Below, one piece after another: positions 36,054-44,329 of a DNA stretch of 64,000 bases. The notes below the pieces were generated by a model that did not search any database, was not told the origin of the DNA, and was given only the letters and a program-made list of their open reading frames with translations. Positions within the stretch are counted from its first letter, which is position 1. Each line of letters begins with the position of its first letter. The DNA comes from Myxococcota bacterium. GTDB lineage: Bacteria > Myxococcota_A > SURF-8 > G963663525. Location of the stretch: assembly GCA_963676915.2 (NCBI GenBank), contig CAXXVK010000049.1, positions 1 to 64,000 on the forward strand. The letters run 5' to 3'. The translations under genes were made by a program, and so were the position numbers.

Positions 36054-37988
36054 ATGCCGCAAATGAAAAGCACAGGCGTTAAACGCCTGATCACGATTGT
36101 GGTGGCGGTCGCCTTTATGGCGACCGCCTTATGTTGTGCCGAACGCATGGCCCGGCACGAAAAAAATATCTGCTGGTGGAATGAGCAGAATAAAACGATC
36201 GAGAAAGCCCCTCGATACGAGAAGGTATCTCTTCAGTCGTTTTATCTGCCGATGCGGGACGGGGTGAAAATCGCTCTGGATCTCTATCTACCCGACGGTT
36301 TGAAGGTAGACGAGAAACTGCCGACGGTCTTGATCCAGACGCGCTACGTTCGCCGCCAGCAGTATCGTTGGCCGTTCAACCAGATCCTTCACGGCCGTTT
36401 CGACAAAACCATAGAAACCTTCGTAAAGCAGGGATATGCCTGGGTTTTCGTCGATGCTCGCGGTTCGGGCGCCTCCTATGGCACACGTCCTCATCCTTAT
36501 TCGGAAGACGAAGTGAAGGATGGTGGTGAAATCGTGGATTGGATCATCAAACAACCCTGGTCCAACGGAAAAGTCGGGACTATCGGCAACTCGTATACCG
36601 GTGGGTCTGCGCTGTTTCTCGCCACGTTGCAGCATCCTGCTGTAACGGCGGTGATGCCGCGCTATGCTATGTTCGATCTCTATTCCGAAACCGTGTTTCC
36701 CGGTGGTGTGCACCTGGAATGGTTATCCAAAACCTGGTCCACGCTGGCCGATGCGCTCGACACCAACGAGCTGGACCGTTACCTTGGTGCCGGTATCAAT
36801 CTGGTGACGAAAGGCGTGCATCCCGTCGATGGAGACGAAAAACGTAAGCAATTGATGGAAGCGCTGGAAGATCACAAGAAAAACGGCAACATTCACAACC
36901 TGATCGGGGGGATTACCTTCCGGGACGATCACTCCGCCGCCATGCCGGAACGCCGGGTGGACGATATCAGTCCCGCAGGGCATCTCGATCGCTTGAACAA
37001 CCCGGACGCATCCTATTACTTTTATACGGGGTGGTATGATGCATCTTTCCTGTTGTCGGAAATCCATTTGTTTATGAATGTGACCGACTCTCGGCGTAAG
37101 CTTACGATCGGTCCTTGGGATCACGGCGGATACCACAACATCAGTCCTTTCGCACCCAAGAATAAATCGATTTTCAACCACGATGCCGAAAGCCTGCGGT
37201 TTTTCGATTATCATTTGCAGGGAAGTGCTACCGGTATCTACGATGAATCGGTGGTTCATTATTTCACGATGGGCGAGGAAAAATGGCATGGCTGCGAAAG
37301 CTGGCCACCGCCCGGATATGAAACCGTTCCCTATTATCTGAATGCCGACGGTGTGTTGTCCATGGAGGCACCGGAGGACGAAAAAACTGCTTTCGATCCG
37401 TACACCGTAGATTTCACGGCGGCAACGGGATCGTCCTCGCGTTGGGACTCTCTGGTAAACATCCGTCATCGCCCCATTCGTTACCCCAACCGGAAAAAAC
37501 GGGATCGCAAACTCAAAATCTATACGTCCGAACCTCTGGAAGTGCCTACCGAAGTCACGGGACATCCTATTGTGGAACTGTACGTATCTTCGACGGCAAC
37601 GGACGGCAATTTCTTCGTTTATCTGGAAGATGTCACCCCTAAAGGCAAAGTGTACTACGTTACCGAAGGTCTGTTGCGTGCCGTGCATCGTAAACTGAGC
37701 GACAAAACGCCTCCCTACGAAATGGCTGTGCCGTATCGGACGTTCGAACGTGCAGACGCCATGCCGTTGGTGCCGCAAGAGGTTGCCAAGCTGGAATTCG
37801 ATCTGTATCCGACTTCGTACCTGTTCAAGGCGGGGCATCGCATCCGTATCGCCTTGGCGGGGGCGGATGAAGATCATTTCGAAGCCGTACCCGATACCCC
37901 GCCGGATCTGCGATTTTATCGGGACGCCGAACATCCATCACAGGTTCGTTTGCCGATTCGGATTCGAAACGATTTGCTGCAAGAATAA
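36054..37988 (+). CDS. CocE/NonD family (S15-like) serine hydrolase, exported
   Basis: MRDGVKIALDLYLP, DARGSGASYG, QPWSNGKVG, nucleophile motif GNSYTG, GWYD, IGPWDH and C-terminal PepX-like domain (GHRIRIA). Confidence 0.92.
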   Translation: MPQMKSTGVKRLITIVVAVAFMATALCCAERMARHEKNICWWNEQNKTIEKAPRYEKVSLQSFYLPMRDGVKIALDLYLPDGLKVDEKLPTVLIQTRYVRRQQYRWPFNQILHGRFDKTIETFVKQGYAWVFVDARGSGASYGTRPHPYSEDEVKDGGEIVDWIIKQPWSNGKVGTIGNSYTGGSALFLATLQHPAVTAVMPRYAMFDLYSETVFPGGVHLEWLSKTWSTLADALDTNELDRYLGAGINLVTKGVHPVDGDEKRKQLMEALEDHKKNGNIHNLIGGITFRDDHSAAMPERRVDDISPAGHLDRLNNPDASYYFYTGWYDASFLLSEIHLFMNVTDSRRKLTIGPWDHGGYHNISPFAPKNKSIFNHDAESLRFFDYHLQGSATGIYDESVVHYFTMGEEKWHGCESWPPPGYETVPYYLNADGVLSMEAPEDEKTAFDPYTVDFTAATGSSSRWDSLVNIRHRPIRYPNRKKRDRKLKIYTSEPLEVPTEVTGHPIVELYVSSTATDGNFFVYLEDVTPKGKVYYVTEGLLRAVHRKLSDKTPPYEMAVPYRTFERADAMPLVPQEVAKLEFDLYPTSYLFKAGHRIRIALAGADEDHFEAVPDTPPDLRFYRDAEHPSQVRLPIRIRNDLLQE

Positions 37989-38044
37989 GCCGGATGGCTC
38001 GAAAAAGATTCTTTTGACATAATTATTAAGGAGTTTCCGACCGT

Positions 38045-38617
38045 ATGGAAACCGCCGCTTTGATTGTCGTGGCTTTTGCGTTGGCTGTTGACGCCTTTTC
38101 GGTAGCTACGGCCAGTGGCTTGGTGCTGCCGGAAGTCGGTTGGCGGCGAACCTTGCGCCTTGCCTGGCATTTTGGCTTGTTTCAATCCTTGATGACCCTG
38201 GCCGGTTTCGGGTCAGGAGAAGTTCTGCGGATGGTGGCGGCGTGGCTGGTTCCCTGGATTGCCTTCCTTTTGCTGGTGATTGTAGGGGGAAACATGCTCG
38301 TGGAAGGCTACCGTTCCGAGTCGGAGGACTCTCCAAAGAAAAAGAAAGATCCCACCAAGGGCGGCATGATGGTGTTCCTTTCCGTAGCTACGAGCCTTGA
38401 TGCCTTCGCCGTAGGCGTGAGCCTCGCAACGGTGGATTTCGACCTCGTGTTCGCACTTCTCGTAATTGGATTCATGGCGTTTGGTATGACCGTACTTGGC
38501 ATGAAACTGGGAGAAAAAATCAAGCGCTGGGGACCGGTTGAGCGCTACGCTCAATATCTGGGAGGTGTCGTGCTCATCGGAATCGGCGTACGGATATTGT
38601 TCGAGCACTTGGTCTAA
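38045..38617 (+). CDS. mntP: Manganese efflux pump MntP
   Basis: ALAVDAFSVA, FGLFQSLM, SVATSLDAFAVG and GGVVLIGIG. Confidence 0.9.
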   Translation: METAALIVVAFALAVDAFSVATASGLVLPEVGWRRTLRLAWHFGLFQSLMTLAGFGSGEVLRMVAAWLVPWIAFLLLVIVGGNMLVEGYRSESEDSPKKKKDPTKGGMMVFLSVATSLDAFAVGVSLATVDFDLVFALLVIGFMAFGMTVLGMKLGEKIKRWGPVERYAQYLGGVVLIGIGVRILFEHLV

Positions 38618-39520
38618 TGACTGGACAACACCCCCAGCCAGTCTTGCAGCAGAAATTCCAAACGACCGATAAACAGGCTCATACGAGCCATGATGGTGTA
38701 CCCGAAGCTTGCGCCGAAGCTGATCATCAGGAAGTAGATTCCCATCTTGCTAACCGGTGCGATCGGACCTTTGTGCTCGATGGAAAAGAAGAAGTACACC
38801 AGCACCGAAAGCACGCCGACCAGCACGATGACGTTGGATAAACTGATCATGCCCACGATGGTGCCGTAGTAGGTCATGCCCGTCAGCGGGACAATCAGCA
38901 CCCAGCGCAACCAGCTTTTGCGCGAGGTGGAAAACACCAGCCATTCCAGTACGATGGTGGAAACGAGCAGCCCCAGGAAAATTCCGGCAAAGGCAATCTC
39001 GAAGGTATCGCCCACAAATGGATTCTGCACGGTATAGCGGGTCTGCTTGATAATGATCGATTCCATGTATTTCGGAATCGCCAATCCGGCACTGACACCC
39101 ATCACCCAGGCGAAGGTATATCGGCTGATCCAACCGATTTTCTTCGAAACCCGCAGAACCATCAGAATACCCAACACTAGCGGAATAATGCGCCAGAAGT
39201 CGTGCGGATCGCCGGGCTCGGGAACGAAAATTTTCTGAATGATTTCGGGCCAGAAGACGTTATGCCATTGCAAAAACAGCATGTAGCCGCCTGACACGCC
39301 GATAAAAATGTGCTCGACCGCTTTGAATAGGGACGTTGTCCTTGTACAACACGGAGTACATGCCGATGGTGATGCCTGCGGCGATCATGATCCCAAGACC
39401 TTCCCAGTCGGCGGGAAGTCGTCCCGTGGCCAACAAGGCCACGTTGACGACCACGAGTAGGGCAATGACCACGGCCCAGACGATGTAATCGGTGCGGGTG
39501 GTTTCTTCGCTGTGGTTCAT
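38614..39520 (-). pseudogene. Multi-TM membrane protein of the DUF6754 operon, split by a +1 frameshift (sequencing error or pseudogene)
   Basis: Removing one base from GGG at 39330-39332 joins ORFs 39260-39520 and 38614-39297 into a single 301-aa protein reading ...LYKDNVLFKAVEHIFIGVSGGY... Confidence 0.8.
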
Positions 39521-40375
39521 AGCTGCCCCCTCATCCGTTCGCGTCGTGCAAGATAGCGGTCGTAAAAGAACAGCAGATTACCGAACAGTACGAACAGCAC
39601 CAGCAACGCATGTACGGCGGATTGTGGACGCATTCCCACGGCGGCGCGGTCGGTTTCGCCTACGAAATTCTCGAACTCCGCAGCCCCGGCCAGCCCTCCG
39701 AGAAAACCCTGAACCTGACCGGTCTGAATGAACGGGAAGATATCCGGCGCGATGACACCCGTAACTCCGCAACCCAGTGTGAACTTGTATTTTTTCGACC
39801 GTGTAAATCACGTAGTCTTCGCAGGCTTTGTTGGAGGTTACCGTTACCACGTAGTCGAAATCCGAAAGCGAGTGTATGTCACGGGTCAGTGGAATGGAGC
39901 GCAGGTCGCGTCCTTCGGAATCTTTGCTGAAGGTGCTGTAGAAATCCTGTCCCATACCGATCATCACCGTGACGAAACCGGGCTTGTAGCCCAAAAACGC
40001 CCATTCGGTTCCGTAATCCTTTTTTTGTTCCTCGGCCACGAAACGCATGTTGCGTTCGGCGAGATCCTGCCCGTTCTGCGCTAAAGTGATGCCCACGACC
40101 TTTACATCGTGTTTGAATGCATGGCGCATGATGGCTTTCGACATCGGGTCCAACTCCGGAGCGGTACCAGGCTCGTAATCGAAAGAAATCAGCATCCGTC
40201 CGCCTTTTTCACCGACTTCACGAATGGTGTCGGCCATGGCACGCACGTTGGGTCCGGCGTCAATGGGCAGATCGAAAGGAATCAAACGGGCGATCAGGAT
40301 GGAGACGAAGACCATCAGGAAGATCCAGCGCCGATCCATCTTCAACAGCTTTTGCGTGGTGGCTCTCCGCATCAT
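39517..40375 (-). pseudogene. Membrane-anchored protein of the DUF6754 operon, split by a +1 frameshift (sequencing error or pseudogene)
   Basis: Removing one base from the T6 run at 39790-39795 gives 285 aa ending ...GVTGVIAP..P..QTGQVQGFLGGLAGAAEFE...GMRPQSAVH..GNLLFF...GQL*. Its TGA then overlaps the next ATG (ATGA at 39517-39520). Confidence 0.8.
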
Positions 40376-41034
40376 TCACCTCCAAGGTAGGTGCGTTCGA
40401 TGCCGAAGATGATTCGTAGCGAGGTGGAAATCACCCCAAGCGCCACACCGATGAAAATCGCCCGTTTGACGGCAGCGTTGGGAACGTCCATCAGCCACGC
40501 AGCGAGAATCGGCAGGTGATCCGAAAGATATGAGCCGATGGGTACCCGTCCCAGCATGACCACCGTTGCGGCGAGTAACAGTAATGTGGCGGGCAGCGTC
40601 CGCGCTCGAAACGTTCTAAACGAGGCGGAGGCGATGAAAAACGCCAGAATCGAAAACATCGTCGCTCCTGCTGGTAGGAATACGTAGTCGTAAATCCAGG
40701 GAATGGTCAGCGGATAGCCGCCCCCGTGTTCGCGCTGATTGAAGAACCACGAGCCATCGTTGTAAATGGCCGCCGACAGCGTAAACAGGAACGCCACGAA
40801 AAACAACAGCGAAAAGCCGTAGCCCTCGCGCTTGAAAGCGATGCGCTTCCAATGCAGGCGAAGCAGGGAAATCAGACCGATCAGCGCCGCAAAAGCATAG
40901 ATAATGCGGGTGGTCGTGACCATTTCCTTGTAAACGTTCTCGCTGAACTGATGCGGAATGAAAAAGCTGGCGATCATCAGCAGTCCGCAGATGAAAGCAA
41001 TCGCCAGAGGCAGAGTACGTTTGATGAGAATCAT
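40372..41034 (-). CDS. Uncharacterised ~6-TM membrane protein (DUF6754 operon)
   Basis: ATMFSILAFFIASASFRTFRAR, MLGRVPIG, VPNAAVKRAI and LRIIFGIERTYLG. ATGA coupling to the next gene. Confidence 0.85.
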   Translation of the reverse strand: MILIKRTLPLAIAFICGLLMIASFFIPHQFSENVYKEMVTTTRIIYAFAALIGLISLLRLHWKRIAFKREGYGFSLLFFVAFLFTLSAAIYNDGSWFFNQREHGGGYPLTIPWIYDYVFLPAGATMFSILAFFIASASFRTFRARTLPATLLLLAATVVMLGRVPIGSYLSDHLPILAAWLMDVPNAAVKRAIFIGVALGVISTSLRIIFGIERTYLGGE

Positions 41035-41049
41035 GCTCTTCCTTGCAGG

Positions 41050-42411
41050 CTAAAACGTTTCGAGAAGTCGAGATACCCACTGAACGCCGAAGGTCGAAAG
41101 CGTGACGCCCGCGACCATTACAGCCAACAGCGCCGCCTTGATCATGTCCTGCGCCTTGAGCGATCCAAGCAGCATCGGTTCGCGGCTGAGGTAAGCGCTA
41201 GCGGCGTACAGTTCTTCACCCATCAGCGTGTAATCGCAGGTGGTGATGAAAAACGGAAGCTGGGTATAGGCATCGGTTCCGGCAACTTGAATCGCTCCGA
41301 CATGCACGCCGGTTTCGGCCATCAGCATCGATTCGGCGAAGTAATAGCCGAAGTAGAACACGGCGGCGGGGCGCTCTCGCAGCATGATGCCTTCGACACC
41401 GGTAGCGTAGGCGAATTGGTTGTCCGAAATGAAAAACACATGGTCTTCGTGGTACAGCTCAGGTCGTCCCACTTTGAGGTAGGATTCTTTGACGGTTTCC
41501 TGGCTGACGGCCATAACCACCGGATCGCGGTTGGTGACTTTGAATTCGGTTGAAAATTCCGCCACCCGTTCCGCCAGTTTTCCCAGAATGTTCAGACCGG
41601 CGATGGTCGAAATCGAGTCGATGGAGGTCAAACCGTGCACGAAGAGAATAGGGCGACCCATTTCGGTAGCACGGCCCACAGCGTCGTCCACGGCTTCCAG
41701 TCCGGCAATACGACGAATGAACAGACGCTCGGGATGCGAACGGGCAATACGAATGAAATTGAGAATAAACCCGGCCAGCGCCAAAGTCAGTAAGAGGTTG
41801 ATGGTCTTATTGGTGTTGTACCATTGTCCGACGGGTTTGGCCGAAGAGACAAGCGCCTGAGAAGGGGAGCCGTTCGCATCGAATACACGAACGTAATATG
41901 TGTGCCCGGTTACAAGGGGATCGACGGGAACGTTTTCTTCCAAAGCGAGAAGCAAGGACTCTTTGCGCTTCTTGAGTTGTTCCAAGCGTCGTTTTCCACC
42001 TTTGGATTGCACCCCTGCAAGATCATCGATGGCCGCTTGTGTCTGGTCCAGCATCTGTTTTTTTTCAAAACGGCTGCGCTTGAGTTCTTCGACGGGTAGC
42101 GGGCCTTCCTTGATGACAAGAGCCTGCCAGCGGTCGAGATCCTCTCCCCATCCATAGACTTCGGGAAGTTCGGAGGCCGACTTGGTACCCGCAACGACCT
42201 TTTCGACTTCGTGCCACGGCCCGGAAGGCTCAGCGGCGATCTGAACCAATGTACTACCGGTTTCTTGCCGGTTTCGCCAGCGAACCACAATGGCGTGCCC
42301 GGAATCGTTCGGCATATCCATCGCTTCCATGTCCGGGAGAATGTCCGCCCGAGCCACGGAAAACGGCAACAACAGAGCGCAAAAAATCAGGAGGAGGATG
42401 CTTCGTTTCAC
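41050..42411 (-). CDS. DUF6754-domain protein with an N-terminal exported FN3-like region
   Basis: Signal peptide; D.PNDSG.AI.V.W and YYVRV (FN3-like); then TM, IRRIAGLEAVDDAVGRATEMGRP, QFAYA, FAESM..AETG and QLPFFITTCDYTLMGEELYAASAYLSREP. Confidence 0.85.
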   Translation of the reverse strand: MKRSILLLIFCALLLPFSVARADILPDMEAMDMPNDSGHAIVVRWRNRQETGSTLVQIAAEPSGPWHEVEKVVAGTKSASELPEVYGWGEDLDRWQALVIKEGPLPVEELKRSRFEKKQMLDQTQAAIDDLAGVQSKGGKRRLEQLKKRKESLLLALEENVPVDPLVTGHTYYVRVFDANGSPSQALVSSAKPVGQWYNTNKTINLLLTLALAGFILNFIRIARSHPERLFIRRIAGLEAVDDAVGRATEMGRPILFVHGLTSIDSISTIAGLNILGKLAERVAEFSTEFKVTNRDPVVMAVSQETVKESYLKVGRPELYHEDHVFFISDNQFAYATGVEGIMLRERPAAVFYFGYYFAESMLMAETGVHVGAIQVAGTDAYTQLPFFITTCDYTLMGEELYAASAYLSREPMLLGSLKAQDMIKAALLAVMVAGVTLSTFGVQWVSRLLETF

Positions 42412-42779
42412 GAGGACGTTTCTCCTTCTTCCGGTTTTTGGGATAAGGTTTCTATTTTATCCATCAATAAGGGAAGTGTGCTTTTTCGTTCAAGCAGTTC
42501 GGCCAGCCGATTGTAGGCTTCGGGATCGAAAATCACTTCGGCGAACGGTTTTAGAAAGTGCAACGCCTGAGAGCCGACGAAGTTCAGAGGGCGAAACGTT
42601 TCCAGTGTCATTACGGCTACTTCTGCCATACCACGCCGAACGACGACCTCGGCCAGACGGTCGAGCAGGTGGTGGTCGGCGTCCGAAAACGGCTCATCCT
42701 CGGGAATGGCGAAGGCGTGGACCGCCTCAGCTTTGATCCGTTTCCAGAGCGTGGGCTTTTTCGATGTGTCGTCGGGCAT
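42408..42779 (-). CDS. Conserved hypothetical protein
   Basis: VVRRGM..A..LET.RPLNFVGSQAL.FL.PF motif. GTGA overlap with the DUF6754 gene. Confidence 0.75.
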   Translation of the reverse strand: MPDDTSKKPTLWKRIKAEAVHAFAIPEDEPFSDADHHLLDRLAEVVVRRGMAEVAVMTLETFRPLNFVGSQALHFLKPFAEVIFDPEAYNRLAELLERKSTLPLLMDKIETLSQKPEEGETSS

Positions 42780-43179
42780 AGTCCAAAACGTTTTCGGCTA
42801 ACGCGTCATTGCAACGGAGATACAGTCCCCGGAAGGCATCCAGACGATGAGGCCGGATGTCGCAACCGAGAAATACACCGCCGGGAATTTTCACGGCTCG
42901 TCCGAAGTCGTGCCACGGCTTGCGAGTGGTCCATATGCCGAGGTGGCGACGAACGCCGTTGGGATCGAGGCGAAAGCTATGATTCGAAAAATAGGGCGCC
43001 ATGGAACCGACCAGCAGCACCGCGCTGAGCAAGCCCCAGGCCGCTTCCGCATATACCATACCGATTGCGCATGGAAACGCAACCAGAAGCGACAGCAAAA
43101 GCGCCGTTTTCGTCCACTTCTCTTCAACGACGGGACGGCTTTCCCAGGCGATCGACGCCGAATCGTTGGGAGATGTCAT
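42727..43179 (-). CDS. Conserved hypothetical 2-TM protein with a PH-like C-terminal domain
   Basis: Two TMs followed by FRLDPNGV..KPW..F..GVFLG..PHRLDAFRGLYL. ATGA overlap with the upstream gene. Confidence 0.7.
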   Translation of the reverse strand: MTSPNDSASIAWESRPVVEEKWTKTALLLSLLVAFPCAIGMVYAEAAWGLLSAVLLVGSMAPYFSNHSFRLDPNGVRRHLGIWTTRKPWHDFGRAVKIPGGVFLGCDIRPHRLDAFRGLYLRCNDALAENVLDYARRHIEKAHALETDQS

Positions 43180-44006
43180 GGTGAAGAGTCCTTAGATTTC
43201 AAGGACTTGTGAAGAATCACTTCCGTATCTACGTCAACTCCGAACCTTGCGGCAGCGCTTCCCCGATTGACTGCGATTTCCAGCCGTTTCGACGATCCGA
43301 CGTAGGCCAGAGCCTCTCCCGTAGCCACTTCGGAAAACGTGCGTCCCAAAGGAACGCAATGTTGCTTGAACGTTGCATAACTATCCGTAATTACAATGGA
43401 AACGTTATCGAAGCTGTCGTAGTTCAAGCGAATATCGGTGATCAGGTTACCGAAACGATCGAGTGCAATGACCCTCCCGTGGATGTCGCCGGAATCTTGT
43501 TCGACCGAGGGTTCGGGGAGAGTTTTCAGGCTGTGGCGCGGTGAGCCGAGACGGTCGATGGCAAGCCCGCAAGCCAGATGCGCTGCGACCGGTGCGAAGA
43601 TGTCCCGACCGTGGAAAGTGCTTGATATTTCAGGGTAAAAGTAAGATTTGTTTTTCAACGCTACGATGCGTTTGACATCTTTGAGAAAGCCGAACAAGCC
43701 ATTGTCCGGGCCGACGAATACGCCCGTTGACGTTTCGATTGCCACGCCTTCCCGGCTGGAACCCACTCCCGGATCGATCACGGCGAGGTGAATGCTTCCG
43801 GCAGGAAAAAAAGGCGTGGACGATTCTAGCACCAAAGCGGCGGCATCGAGGTTTTGAGGTGGTATATCATGAGTGATATCAATAAGTTGAACTTGCGGAC
43901 AGATCGAGAGAATCACACCTTTCATCTGACCGATATAGCCCATCTCACCACCGAAATCGGTGGTCAGCGTAAGAATTGGAGGAGTCATCACAGCGGCTCC
44001 ATTCAT
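43176..44006 (-). CDS. SAM-dependent chlorinase/fluorinase / SAM hydroxide adenosyltransferase family (DUF62)
   Basis: LTTDFG, MKGVI, DITHDIPP, VIDPGVGS.R, GPDNG, SSTFHGRDIFAP, DRFGNL and LEIAVN.GSAA. Confidence 0.93.
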   Translation of the reverse strand: MNGAAVMTPPILTLTTDFGGEMGYIGQMKGVILSICPQVQLIDITHDIPPQNLDAAALVLESSTPFFPAGSIHLAVIDPGVGSSREGVAIETSTGVFVGPDNGLFGFLKDVKRIVALKNKSYFYPEISSTFHGRDIFAPVAAHLACGLAIDRLGSPRHSLKTLPEPSVEQDSGDIHGRVIALDRFGNLITDIRLNYDSFDNVSIVITDSYATFKQHCVPLGRTFSEVATGEALAYVGSSKRLEIAVNRGSAAARFGVDVDTEVILHKSLKSKDSSP

Positions 44007-44215
44007 AAATGGTTCTTATTCGCTTTCGTACCATTTCGATACGTTTCGACCAAGAAAATGTGCAGGGATATGGAGGAATTCGGTGAACGTAAAAATTTGC
44101 GGTGATTTACCTCAATATGTCTAACCGTAAAAGCTAGAGTTTTCATTCCATTGGTCGAAAAACGAAACCGCTGTGAAATCCGCATATCGGGTGTGAAGTC
44201 TTGCGGCCGAAAGCC

Positions 44216-44272
44216 AAGGCTGTGTTCAGTGGGGTGGGATTTTCCATCCTTCCACACTGTTCACAGCCTTTT
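44216..44272. terminator. Long imperfect hairpin downstream of the acyl-CoA ligase (probable terminator or processing stem)
   Basis: AAGGCTGTG-TT-CAGTG ... CACTG-TT-CACAGCCTT inverted repeat. Confidence 0.45.
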
Positions 44273-44329
44273 CGTGCTTGATCGTGAGGGAACAGTCCTC
44301 ATTGTTTGATTCAATTTTCGACTGCGTTG

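Noticed and set aside
34294-37934. Long antisense ORFs (520 aa and 403 aa) opposite the TPP enzyme and CocE genes
   Set aside because: Same antisense-shadow effect; the plus-strand proteins carry all the family motifs.
43176-44006. DUF62 gene as evidence of halogenated natural-product biosynthesis
   Set aside because: No biosynthetic cluster is nearby; most DUF62 members are SAM hydroxide adenosyltransferases, and the FHGRD motif here fits that group.
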